DNA of 64,000 nucleotides from Veleropilina oligotropha (Eukaryota): NCBI GenBank assembly GCA_048128005.1, contig JBEUKZ010000137.1, positions 62,001 to 126,000 of the forward strand, read 5' to 3'. Shown piece by piece: positions 35,757 to 47,172 of this stretch (position 1 is its first letter; each line of letters starts with the position of its first letter). The notes under the pieces were generated by a model. It saw only the letters and a program-made list of their open reading frames with translations, ran no database searches and was not told where the DNA came from. The position numbers and the translations under genes were made by a program.

Positions 35757-35903
35757 AAATACTGGATACTTGTTCGAATCACCATTGTTACTACGAATAA
35801 TACTTGTGTGTTGTACACTATACGATCATATACAGCGCCTTGAGTACACTATAGGTAACACAGCCTGTCGATTATATACTGGCGATCAAACGGCCTGCCC
35901 TCT

Positions 35904-35940
<37 letters not shown>

Positions 35941-36070
35941 CACCGTGATGTCCGCTCAAAATTCGATCATTTATATATATACTGGACACTCAATTCGATA
36001 TACAACGCCACACGCACACCATATTCATTGATCAACACAGAACGCAATAGCATGGTTGATAAAAATTTAA

Positions 36071-36343
36071 TTACTGTTGATGACTTAATATACATAGTCG
36101 TTCTGCCGAACATTCAATACAATGACAAGATTTCCGATGATCAACAATATTAAAATAATTTAAACAGCCGTTTTCTGACAAGGACATCTCCATCTGTCGT
36201 ATTACCGACCAATAAATATAATTTTCAGTCCTTTTCTTGTCTTCGGAGCGATTTTTCATCACATCAAAGGGGGTCTTCATATGATTTTCAGTCCTTTTCT
36301 TGTCTTCGGAGCGATTAAATGGGGTCTTCATTGAATCAGCCAT
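36071..36343 (-). CDS. Small Polinton accessory ORF with internal duplication and H-x3-C-x-C-x2-C motif
   Basis: ATG start; TATATATAAA ~30 nt upstream; NRSEDKKRTEN repeated; HRKSCHCIEC. Confidence 0.45.
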   Translation of the reverse strand: MADSMKTPFNRSEDKKRTENHMKTPFDVMKNRSEDKKRTENYIYWSVIRQMEMSLSENGCLNYFNIVDHRKSCHCIECSAERLCILSHQQ

Positions 36344-36655
36344 GATATGATTTTCATGTAGATACTGTTTATATATATAGGCCTATGGTTCTATTCTAGG
36401 CGTAATCGTCATTTCATTAGATGTTGCAATGTCGCAAAACAAATGAGTCACCTCAGTTCTAAATATATCTGCCAGCATCACCAAAAGTATGGTCAAGAAT
36501 GTTCTAAATATAGCGCCTGCCGGCATCACCAAATGCTACAAGCATATTAATCAAAATATTACTTGTATACTAAATCGATAGTTACCATGTTACATATTAA
36601 ACACAACGATTGACCCCAAAAAATGTTACTTTAATACCAGTACTAATCTGTACTA

Positions 36656-38338
36656 TACTAGTCAAAACTTCCAACGCCCATATGTACATAAGTATCAATA
36701 TTTCATTTAATAATATACCAAAAACACTGCAATTTGACAAGAGTATCACATAACTATTATGTAACAGAATGAAAAACAAAAACTTAACCAAATACCACAG
36801 TATGTTACAATAAAATGCATAAATTCATTGAATGGTGGATTTTTAAAGTTCGCAGGATAAGTCAGTAGCGGGTGTGACCACCAGCAGCATTTACCAAAGC
36901 TAAACATCTTCTTCGCATTGATGCGCTCAAGCGACGCACAAAGTTCATGGGAATGTTATGCCACTCCTGGATAATCGTATTGGTTAGTTCTTGTAGGTTT
37001 CCGGGCTGTCTCGGACGCTGGCGGATCGCCTTGTCAAGCGCGTCCCACAGGTGCTCGATTGGCGACATGTCAGGTGACAACGCAGGCCAATCAAGAATGT
37101 TGACGCCGTTCTGCTGCAGGTATGCCATGTTAATACGAGCTACGTGCGGACGGGCGTTGTCCTGTTGGAAAATGATATTGTCCTCCGGATGTGCGTTGAT
37201 GTAAGGTACCACCACGGCACGCAAGATGTCATTTTGGTATCGCTGCCCGTTCATGTTACCGTTGACCACAACAAGGTCAAGTTTACCAGCGTAGGTGATT
37301 CCTCCCCATACCATAACCGAACCGCGACGGTAGCGGTCAGCTTCAATGACGCAGGCGTTGGTATACCGCTCACCACGACGTCGGTACACCCGAACTCGGC
37401 CGTCTGTTTTCTGGAGCGTGAATCTCTTTTCGTCCGAGAAAATAACGCGTCTCCACATTATCGCATTCCATCGTAAGTGTGCATTTCCCCACTGTAACCT
37501 GGCATTACGATGTTGTTGACTCAGAACAGATCCAACGTAAGGACGACGGCAGCGGATACCATGTTCGCGCAACCTATTCCGGACAGTTTGATCGCTGATC
37601 TGGCGGTTATGGCTACCTATCGTAACAGCCGCAGTTGCAGTCGCTTGAGTAGTTCTATTCCTCAGATGTCTCAAGCGGATAGCGTTGTCCTGCTGCCGAG
37701 TGGTAACTCGTCCACGACTACGTCTTGGTAAATCTGCGACATGACCCACTTGTTGCCACTTTTGCCACAACCTACGGACAGTGGAAACGTTGCAGTTCAA
37801 CATACGCGCTACCTGGATTATTGCTACACCAGCCTGTAGCTGGCCAATCGCCCTTGCTCGATTTTCATTAGTTATTCTCGGCATGATGGACACAGTGTAA
37901 CCAAGTATTCATGTGTGAAACTGATAAAAACACTGAAATGAAGTGACCAAATAAATTTTATTTCACGATTTGCACGTGCAAATCGATGATGGCCCATGAA
38001 CATGGAGTAATCAATGCGATTATCCAGGAGTTGCATAACATTCCCATGAACTTTGTGCATCGCTTGATCGCACCAATGCGAAGAAGTTGTTTAGCTTTGG
38101 TGAATGCTGCTGGTGGTCACACCCGCTACTGACTTATCCTGCGAACTTTAAAAATCCACCATTCAATGAATTTATGCATTTTATTGTAACATACTGTGGT
38201 ATTTGGTTAAGTTTTTGTTTTTCATTCTGTTACAGGATAGTTATGTGATACTCTTGTCAAATTTCAGTGTTTTTGGTATAATATTAAATGAAATATTGAT
38301 ACTTGTGTACATATGGGCGTTGGAAGTTTTGACTAGTA
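36656..38338 (-). mobile_element. Tc1 (DD34E) transposon with ~330-bp TIRs and TA TSD (ends +/-2 nt)
   Basis: TACTAGTCAAAACTTCCAACGCCCATATG and its reverse complement at 38310-38338, flanked by TA. Confidence 0.92.
36862..37884 (-). CDS. Tc1-family transposase, intact
   Basis: MPR start, HTH, GRVTT, FSDEKRF, QQDNARPH, SPDMSPIEHLW; 34 residues between the second D and E. Confidence 0.95.
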   Translation of the reverse strand: MPRITNENRARAIGQLQAGVAIIQVARMLNCNVSTVRRLWQKWQQVGHVADLPRRSRGRVTTRQQDNAIRLRHLRNRTTQATATAAVTIGSHNRQISDQTVRNRLREHGIRCRRPYVGSVLSQQHRNARLQWGNAHLRWNAIMWRRVIFSDEKRFTLQKTDGRVRVYRRRGERYTNACVIEADRYRRGSVMVWGGITYAGKLDLVVVNGNMNGQRYQNDILRAVVVPYINAHPEDNIIFQQDNARPHVARINMAYLQQNGVNILDWPALSPDMSPIEHLWDALDKAIRQRPRQPGNLQELTNTIIQEWHNIPMNFVRRLSASMRRRCLALVNAAGGHTRY

Positions 38339-38381
38339 TATATTAAATCACCATCCGATAGGATAACTACAGAATGACATA

Positions 38382-39717
38382 CCGTATTTGCTCGTGTACA
38401 AGTCGACTTCATCTATAAGTCGACCCCCCAACTTTCCTGTTTGAAGCTACAACTTTTTGCATGTTGCGCGTATTAGTCGACCCCCGACTTTCTGATTTCA
38501 ATCGGTCGATGAAATTTCAAAACCCTATGTTGACAATAAATTGGTGTCATATTCAACATTATAGCGTACTATATTTTTTATTTATTGCTGCTAGTAAATA
38601 TAATATTTAATAGTGGGGTAAACGAAGTCTAATAAATCCAACGTAGCCTACCTGTACAATTTGATTTAATATTGTTTGCAAAGTTATTGTCGCATTTGGG
38701 AATCCGTCTTTAAATGCTTTGTTCAATAAAGTATGTAATATAAATAGAAACCGTTCTCAGTGACAATTACATCCTTGTTTGAGGTGTTAAGCGTAAGAAA
38801 ACAATTTATAAAGGTGCCAACATAATAGGATGAACTGCTTCCTATCACCAATCTGATAGCATGCCGGGAGACGTTTCTCATTGGATAACACTCAGTAAAG
38901 TTGCCTAACGTCAGCGTGCGAGGGCCAGAAACAGGGAAATGATATACATGTCTGTTACTCTGGTCGAAAACATAGCGATGTTTATGCGTTTGCAAAGGTG
39001 TACCCATTATGTCCCCCTGAGACGGAACGCTCATTGATGTCAAAGTTCATGGATCGTGCGCAATATGGATGTACTATAATTGTATAGGTCAGGTGGTCTA
39101 CAATAACGGAGGGTCGGAACGGGGTATAGCACTTAATGGTTTGCATTCCCCAAATGTCGGTATTTTGATAAAGAAAAAACAAATGGCTAAATAAATGTTA
39201 TAATATTTAATAAAAGTAAATAATAACAATAAAATCATAGCACATATAATACACATTCCACCTGAATTATGATCGTAGGTCCGATTCTATAAAATGTTCA
39301 AGTCAGCGAAGCGCGCATGTCGATACAAGAAAGGAAATAGCCTCTGCGCATGTCGACATTCTTGTGGCGTTCGATTTTTCTTTTAATGCTTGGTTTTAAT
39401 CGGAAAACGCGAATTTAGCCGACATATCATCGGAGAAAATCGTTAGCATCGAGTTATCGAACGTTGCACGCCGCTGGGAACGCTAATTGCAAGATGGACG
39501 ACAAACTTTCCGAAAACGTGAATTGGCATGATAATATTTTCTCCGTGTTCTCACAAGTTCTCCTATTTATTAAACTAAGTTGAAGACAGTGCATTTTTTG
39601 TAGATTTCTCCAACATTCGGTCAGAAAATGGTATATGTCGTTCGTATAAGTCGACCCCCCAACTTTGCCATTTGAAAAATTTGAAAAATTCCTCGACTTA
39701 TACACGAGCAAATACGG
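38382..39717. mobile_element. pogo/Tc2-type non-autonomous element (MITE-like)
   Basis: TIRs CCGTATTTGCTCGTGTA.AAGTCGA / TCGACTTATACACGAGCAAATACGG, TA TSD, subterminal TAAGTCGACCCCC repeats. Confidence 0.85.
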
Positions 39718-39851
39718 TACGCATATACTATGTAATTCTAAAGCGAAAAATTAAATCTGATTAAGAAATTGTTGTTAGCAAATGTACAGTATAACCCTAT
39801 ATAACCAAAGCAGCTCCTAAATATTAGTGATTGTGTGCTTGTGTTCACATG

Positions 39852-39884
<33 letters not shown>

Positions 39885-39937
39885 ACGCATTTATTTTTTC
39901 GTAAGTCATTTTCTAAAGTGACCAGATGCTTACTCCC

Positions 39938-40193
39938 CCCGCCAAAATAGAGCCAGATCTGGAAACCGTTTTTCAAAATATGTGCGCCAAATAACCTAAA
40001 CTTAACCACGTAATGATTTAAATAATGGTTTTAATAGTACAGGCATGCTATATAAATATAATACTAATTTAAAAATGTAATTATTATTTTAAAACAATGA
40101 TGCCTGATTAAATAATAAATGGACATCCAATCACATGGCTTTGAAATGACATAAGTTTATATAAATAGAATTTATTTTTGGTAACTATAAATA
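39938..40193 (+). promoter_or_regulatory. Candidate S-phase-type promoter of the 40224 ORF
   Basis: E2F-like CCCGCCAAAA (39938) and GCGCCAAA (39984), CCAAT (40127), TATATAAATA (40158), TATAAATA (40186). Confidence 0.5.
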
Positions 40194-40223
40194 CTGTGTT
40201 TTTCAAGAAAAATTCATCCCAAG

Positions 40224-40496
40224 ATGTATTTCACCGTTAACTGGGGGCATGTTTTCAAGGGACATCTTCCCGGCTCAAATGCCGGAAAATCAGAGTTTAC
40301 GGGGGCGAAGAACATAAAGGCAAACATCTTAAAGACCACGACAGAACCGGACACCACCACGCAGCTCACGACCACCAGAGAACAGAGGGAAAGAAGCTTC
40401 GGTACCATCACAGGCTACAGCGCCTCCGGACAGCCCTGCTACGCCGTCCGGGCAATCCTCGTCTCCCGTCACGTGGTAACGGCGTACCCAATTTAG
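40224..40496 (+). CDS. 90-aa intronless protein resembling small bacterial polymorphic-toxin RNases (H-x4-H...KSxF...TAYP)
   Basis: WGH9VFKGH14LPGSNAGK22SEF...G..TG...VRAIL...VVTAYPI; visibly GC-richer than its flanks; TATA upstream; histone stem-loop downstream. Confidence 0.7.
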   Translation: MYFTVNWGHVFKGHLPGSNAGKSEFTGAKNIKANILKTTTEPDTTTQLTTTREQRERSFGTITGYSASGQPCYAVRAILVSRHVVTAYPI

Positions 40497-40512
40497 TGCA
40501 TGCTATGCACCC

Positions 40513-40555
40513 CCAAACGGCCCTTTTCAGGGCCACCAAAATCCTCTGAAAGAAT
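40513..40555 (+). terminator. Replication-dependent histone mRNA 3' processing signal: stem-loop plus purine-rich downstream element
   Basis: CCAAAC-GGCCCT-TTTC-AGGGCC-ACCA (stem-loop 40519-40534) matches the metazoan SLBP-binding consensus; GAAAGA at 40548-40553. Confidence 0.9.
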
Positions 40556-40754
40556 ACCCTAGTTATGCCAAAACGTTTAATTATAAGTAATTTAACCTCT
40601 ATTATATACCATTATAGAATTAATTAAATACACATAATCAATTAGTAAATAGGGCCAGTCAGAAGGCTGGCAGCACCGGTCAGATAGATTATACAGATTA
40701 TTCAGTCAAGCCGGAGGCCCGTGCCATCATGATAAGTTGACAGACTTTATACAT

Positions 40755-40979
40755 ACACAGTTCGCTATAACGGAAAGCACGGATTTACCTCTTAAAACTG
40801 GTAAGTCTATTTCACTCACTGTGTCAATCATATAATATTTAATGCGAAGATGCCAGTCATTCTACCACACAGTTCACTATAACGGAAAGCACGGATTTAC
40901 CACTTAAAACTGGTAAGTCTATTTCACTCACGGTGTCAATCATATAATATTTAATGCGAAGATGCCAGTCATTCTACCA
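40755..40979 (+). repeat. 112-bp tandem duplication (2 copies)
   Basis: acacagttc.ctataacggaaagcacgg... at 40755 and 40867. Confidence 0.85.
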
Positions 40980-41430
40980 GCACCGAATTTAGTAGAGTCA
41001 ATATTCCCCCAGCTACGCTACGTATCATTAACTGCTGTTGAATATATGGCTTGATTTTATGCACGAAGGCAATATTCTTTGCCACGTAATGGCAATATAA
41101 ATATATCTTTATTCAACTGATAATTTACGCTAAATTTAACAGCTTCACTGATAGACTCATCACAAACTGTGTCACATAGTAAGGTCTTGGTTCTTGGCAG
41201 GCCATGTAATATTAATAGCCTCAACACGGGCTGTGGCACAGATCACATAGCTAGGCAGGCCATGTAATGGTATCCAACTGACCCCCTTTTAGTAAACTCA
41301 GTGCTTTGCATTTCTGTGTCAACGTTGATTTTCGCGTAATAAAGAGCCACGTTATATGTACGCGCACTATCCACGCCAGTCGTGGTCACTACTGAGAATT
41401 TATATAATCGTGATCATCATATGGTGATTA

Positions 41431-41855
41431 ATAATTTTAGATGCTAATAATTTTAGATTAATAATTTTAGATGCTAATTATGACAGCGCAAGTAAGGAAT
41501 TATTTACAACACTAGACCGGATAAAATTTAGTCAGACTTCAGCTCAATAAAGGCATGCTAATGTACAAATGCATGATTGTCCATGCACCAAAATATTTAA
41601 AAGATAATTTTACTTATACTGAGGAAATTCGAAACACAAATCTGAGATCAGTTAGCGCCAAACAATTATATCTTCCCAAACCTAAAACACCATTGATATT
41701 TTAGTCACATGTATTTATTGTATATAATGTATATACTTGTAGTTATATATAGTTTTGTATTATTTTGTTTTATAACTATATAAAGAGGGATTCAGGGAAG
41801 ATTGGTTGTTAACTAACTGTTCTACCTCTCAAAATAAAGCATATTATTATTATTA
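41431..41855 (+). mobile_element. 5'-truncated L2/CR1-group LINE 3' fragment inside the right TIR
   Basis: MLMYKCM...APKYLKDNF...NLRS...LYLPKPKT C-terminal ORF2 motif; AATAAA and (TTA)n tail; absent from the left TIR. Confidence 0.7.
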
Positions 41856-41940
41856 TAAAATAGAGATTATTAATAATGCCAAATTTAAAAACGGGTGGAG
41901 AATTATATGACAATAGCGTTGAAATATGACCCCCATTTTT

Positions 41941-42457
41941 ATCCCCCCGGCATTAAATGCGGGGGGATATAGTCATCAGCATGTCCGTCCGTCCGTCTGT
42001 AATCATTTCGTTTCCGGAGCATACCTCATAAACTGCTTTTCATATCTTTACGACACTTGGTGGGTGTATTATGGACATGGTGAACTGGTGCCTTTTGCCA
42101 GTTTCGACGTTGAGCGGCGATTATTAACAGAGTTATTTCCCTTGTTGTAAATTCTAATTGATATCGTTTCCGGAGCATATCTCATACACCGCTCGACATA
42201 ACTTTACGAAACTTGCTGGGTGTATTAAGTAGTCGGTGAACTGGTGCCTTTTGCCAGTTTCGCCGTTGTGTGGCGATTATTAACAGAGTTATTGCCCTTG
42301 TTGTAAATTCTAATCGATCTCTTTTCCAGAGCATATCTCATATACCGCTCGATATAAAAGACATGCTTAGTTACTGATGACTATGATTTCCTTGCCGCAT
42401 CTTCTGTGTGAGACATCTGTGCACCGGGGGGATATGTCATCTTCTGATGGCTCTTGT
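41941..42457 (+). mobile_element. Helentron-associated HINE (pearl/DINE-1-like) inside the right TIR
   Basis: ATCCCCCCG..CGGGGGGATA 5' inverted repeat, (GTCC)n, tandem core repeats, 3' GGGGGATA plus hairpin, CTTGTT end; inserted in a T-run. Confidence 0.8.
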
Positions 42458-43499
42458 TAAAAATGGCCGCTATTTCTATCCGTGAAATAAAAAACAATGG
42501 TAGACAGTCGCAGAAATATAACTCAAACATGACCAGAACTTACATGACAAGACATGTTCCATGACGTTACCATACATGACCAGAACTGTTACTAAAAATA
42601 GAACAATGCACGAAGACTACGAATATACTAGACCATACTTGACCAGATAAAAAATAGAACAATGCACGAAGACTAGCATACTAGACCAAACTTGACCAGA
42701 TAAAAAATAGAACTGAACGAAGACTAGCATACCAGCTAGACCAAACTAGCTAACATACTAGACTATACTAGACTATACTAGCTAACATACTAGCTAACAT
42801 AGCAGCTAACATAGACGATACTAGTGCCTAGTAGACCAAACTAATGCATACTAGCTAACATAGTAGACCATACTAGACCATACCATCATACCAACTAGGG
42901 CTAGGGCTTGGCATACCAATTAGGGTTAGGGTTTGGGTCAGGGGTAGGGTTTGGGTTAGGCATACCAATTAGGGTTGACCCAATTAGGGTTAGGGTTTGG
43001 GTCAGGGTTAGGCATACCAATTAGGGTTGACCCAATTAGGGTTAGGGTCAGGGTTAGGCATACCAATTAGGGTTGACCCAATTAGGGTTAGGGTTTGGGT
43101 GGGCATACCAATTAGGGCTGACCCAATTAGGGTTAGGCATACCAATTAGGGCTGACCCAATTAGGGTTAGGGTTTGGGTTAGGGTTGACCCAATTAGGGT
43201 TAGGCATACCAATTAGGGCTGACCTAATTAGGGTTAGGGTCTGGGTTAGGCATACCAATTAGGGTTGACCCAATTAGGGTTAGGGTTAGGGGTGGCCCAA
43301 TTAGGGTTAGGGTTGATGACCTACTTAGGGTTGACCCACTTAGGGTTGACCTAGTTAGGGTTGACCCAATTAGGGTTAGGGAGGGTTAGGGTTGACCTAG
43401 TTAGGGTTGACCTAGTTAGGGCTAGGGGAAACGCCAAAAACCTAGGGTTAGAACCCTAATCTGACCCTAAAGGGGCCATCCTACTACTCTTAACTCGAT

Positions 43500-43930
43500 C
43501 GGGACACTCGGTTAGCGTGCGTTTCCGTCAAGAGAAAGGATAGCTGTTTCTTATTGAAAACAGAGCAGTTTGCATTTATTAAAGAGAAGCGAGATAATGG
43601 ATATTATGTTTGTGCTATCAAACGGAAACATCAATTGGAAAATTTCTTCACCCGCCCTTGCCAATCAATGTTACTGAATATTGCTTTCATCACGAATGAC
43701 AACATTGCCAATTGTAGGAGGAGGATTCTTCATGAAAGTGACTTGTATCGCAAGGCCATTTGCTTGACGCACAATGATGGTTTTGTGTTAATGCCCATGT
43801 TGCATGAAATAGAACGTCTATAGAAAAGTGCATATCAAAGACTGTTTATATCTGCTTGTACATAAATCAACAGAATGCAGATCCAGTTCAATAATGTACT
43901 TGCTAAATATCTTAGTAAATTAAATCATAT
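43500..43930 (+). repeat. Diverged direct repeat (partner at ~46330-46740)
   Basis: Shared atagct, ttgcattta, cggaaacat, ttcacccgcc.ttgccaatc, attgctttc, aaagactgtttatatctg. Confidence 0.65.
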
Positions 43931-44827
43931 TTCGTCTATCAGCGTGTTTTCCATAATCCCGTAGTTCTTAATTAAATAAATGATATTGTATCTTTGGTAA
44001 CATATAAATATTCCTAGGCCGACTCGGTCCCGTAAAATGAGATTTAACCTCATTTAATCTAACACTTTATGTATGAGATATTTGCATAATATTATGATGG
44101 TTTAGGGATTATCATATCTGGAGATAAAAGTTAAGATATATTAATACATGTTGTAACTATCCATATTGACTTAATAGCGCGCGCCTTTTAATATTCAATA
44201 TCGACATTTACAAAGTTTATTATTATATCTTACATTTTATTTGTAGATACAATAATCTCTAAACTATCATAACATTATATGCAAAGAACATAAGTAAAAG
44301 TCAGATTAAATTACTTTAATTTCCAATTTAAGAGACATTCGGATTCAGCCACCGACTGGTCTCGAATCCTGGTCATCCTATCGATTTCAATTGAGTGGCG
44401 CTCTGGCCACCCTTATACGTCGTCTATATCATTAACTTGAATGATAACTTTAAGTATCATCGACCCAAGCACTGTCTCTCAGAGATAATATTAAGCATTA
44501 AAATATCAAAGCAAACATACGTTCCCGATATTTATTTGTCAACAAGGTTGTACGCTGATTGCTAATCGTTTGGCTGAATCGGAGGTGATTGGTGAAGATA
44601 TACACAAGCTGAACGTGTATTTCAATATGTTTACTATCTTGTTACAATGTATATTTCCACCCTTCAGATCAAACCAGGACATGTCCATATTATTGCGGGA
44701 GAAAAGCCAGGGGAAATCCGCCATTACAGACCAGTTACAGATAACTGTGACTGATAGCAGTTGAACAAATAATGCCGTTACATCAGCCAATATATATTCG
44801 AAAGCACTCCAGTCCTCTTGGACAAAC

Positions 44828-46298
44828 CAGGGACGTCGCAACCATTTTGATGTTAGGGGGGTATCATTAACCAAGGGCACCTCATATTGCATACATCCCA
44901 ACCTTTTATGGCAAGACAGAGGTAGCCACGTGAGCGGCCGAAGGCCGCGAAGATTGAGCGGCCGTAGGCCGAATATGTAGGGGGGTTTGGGGGCATGCTC
45001 CCCCAAGATTTTTTAAAGTTAGAAGCTCTGAGAAGCGTTCTCCTGCATTCTAGGACAAAAATTGACATCTTTTTGCCTCAAAATTTCATGTTTGGAGAGC
45101 AGAAATTATTAAAAACATGTTAAAATAAATATTCGATAATATTAGTACTCACCCACATATTTTCATGAATTCTGGAATATAAATTGACTACGTACGGCAC
45201 TTCGTTTGTTAAATACTATTTTTTACAGACACTATATTACGGACATGGTTTACAAGTGTTCTAGGGGGGTAGGGGGGGGGGGGGATTCTGACGGCGAATC
45301 GCTGATAAGATAACGAAAGAACTTGTTCAACTGCAGTAATGGTCTAGCCAATGCCACAAATCATTAATGATATTGATTCAACATTCGGTACGATTATCTA
45401 ATATGTTGCATATAGGCCTAGTTTATACATATCCGGAAATCTCGCAATGAAATGTCTTTATTGATTACGCTTACAAAACTAATGAACGAAATAGCTCGGT
45501 CCAACTTTGCAAACAATAATTATTCGCGAAATCGACCATGGCAAAGATTGACCAGCAAACCCTCCTGACAATTTCATTTGTTGAATATATTAATTATGCG
45601 TGACAGCCATAACGCGCTACCGTCTTCGCTGACTTGATATTACCGAAACGCGTTATGTCAGGTCGCGTATTGGATCACACAGGGGCATGTAACGCGGTTT
45701 ATAGTTCGTCTGTTTCCGTTTGACCATTATCGCAGTTCATTGTTACTATATTATATCGTAACAATGAACTGCGATAATCGTCAAACGGAAACAGACGAAC
45801 GATAAACAGCGTTACATGCCCCTGTGTTCGATCATGGCAAATAATATTTCCCGTGTACTACCGTATAGGCAAACATTTCCGTTCGCATGTACTGCGTGCT
45901 CGCTATTAAAATCTCGAATCGGTATGCGTATCTATTTAAAAGGGTAGTCGGTAGTAGTCTTATAAAATCGGTAACCTACCGAGTGAGTCGGTAGGGTTGG
46001 CAAGTACTAGTATGTATATTGCCTTAGCCAGTAATGCGAGCGCCGAAGGCGCGAAGCCCTTTGCGGGGTGTATGGGGGACCTCCCCAGGAAAATTTGAGA
46101 ATTTAAGTGCCTCAGATGCATTTTCCTGGTATTTAAGAACAAAATACTTTAACATATTTATGGTATGTTGCTAATTTTGTCTTCGACGAAGTCCGTATAG
46201 TGTAATGACGTTAACATTAAGCTTATGCAAGGGCACTTGTTTCCAAAATTTTAGGGGGGTAAATACCCCCCTTACCCCCCCCGGTAGCGACGCCCCTG
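44828..46298. mobile_element. hAT-like non-autonomous element with a 5-bp TSD
   Basis: TIRs CAGGGACGTCGCAACC / GGTAGCGACGCCCCTG; CAAAC on both flanks. Confidence 0.7.
45677..45827. repeat. ~150-bp near-perfect hairpin (palindromic MITE)
   Basis: ~70-bp arms acacaggggcatgtaacgc...cattgttac / gtaacaatg...gcgttacatgcccctgtgt with an ~11-nt loop. Confidence 0.85.
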
Positions 46299-46858
46299 CA
46301 AACCAGTCAGTCAGTAATTTCAGAGTAGGCACTCTGTGACTCAAGATCGCATGCCGTTACCGAAGTGGCCTCAGAAAGAATAGCTATTTTTTTATTTAGA
46401 GCAACGAAATTGCATTTACTAAATAGAAACCGGAAACATGAACTGGCAATAATTATTTATTCACCCGCCTTTGCCAATCCCTGTTACAGAACATTGCTTT
46501 CGTCACCAATGACTACATATATGTACCTTGTCAGTTGTGGGAGGAAGATTAATGAAAATGATTGATAATTTGCCTGACGTACAATGTTGGTCTTATGTAA
46601 ATGTCTATGGTGCGTGGAAGTGAAGCAACGACAATAGAAAAGACTGTTTATATCTGTTGTTACATTTTGATATGCGAAATATCTATTAATCAACAAAATT
46701 CAGACCAACAATATACTTAGTAAACACAGCCAAACATTATTTTCACAACTTTTATAATTTTCAACTTGATATTAAATAGATTAAATAGAATTAGTTTGGG
46801 TTTAGAAAGCGCAATACTGCCACTCATATATAAAACCCCATTGAAGTTGTCGTGTCGA

Positions 46859-47172
46859 CTATAACCTTCCTTGCTTCTTAAAATGCTCATCTAGGCGATT
46901 TTTAAATTGGTTTACAGATGTCGATTCCACTACATTATCAGAAATGGCATTCCATTCATCGACAACCCGATTCGAGAAGAATTGTTTTCTAACGTCTAGT
47001 CGGAATCGTTTTTTGTAAATCTTGTATTGATGGCCCCTAGTTTGCCATTGGTTCATCTGAAAAAATAAACTTTTTGTCAACGTTGTCTTTTCCTGTAAAC
47101 ATTTTAAACACCTGAATCATGTCACCTCTTATTCTTCTCAAATATAATGTTGTAAGGTTCAGTGCTCTTAGT
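46859..47172 (-). mobile_element. CR1 LINE 3' ORF2 fragment
   Basis: LNLTTL..RRIRGDMIQVFK; TRGHQYKI...RLDVRKQFFSNRVVDEWN...VVES.SVNQFKNRLD. Confidence 0.85.

Larger units (their letters stand above)
11503..43488. mobile_element. Polinton/Maverick (adintovirus-like endogenous dsDNA virus) with nested insertions
   Basis: Termini AGTAGTAGGATGGCCCC...GGGGCCATCCTACTACT; 6-bp TSD CTTAAC (11497-11502, 43489-43494); integrase, capsids, ATPase, pPolB. Confidence 0.97.
41376..43488 (-). repeat. Polinton right TIR with TTAGGG-rich tract (~42896-43470), interrupted by two insertions
   Basis: Segments 41376-41430, ~41856-41940 and ~42457-43488 are reverse complements of the left TIR. Confidence 0.9.

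Noticed and set aside
38723..39182. Two minus-strand ORFs inside the pogo MITE
   Set aside because: Non-ATG starts and no recognisable motifs.
40224..40496. Histone gene suggested by the stem-loop
   Set aside because: No H1/H2A/H2B/H3/H4 motifs are seen in this ORF or the listed overlapping ORF.
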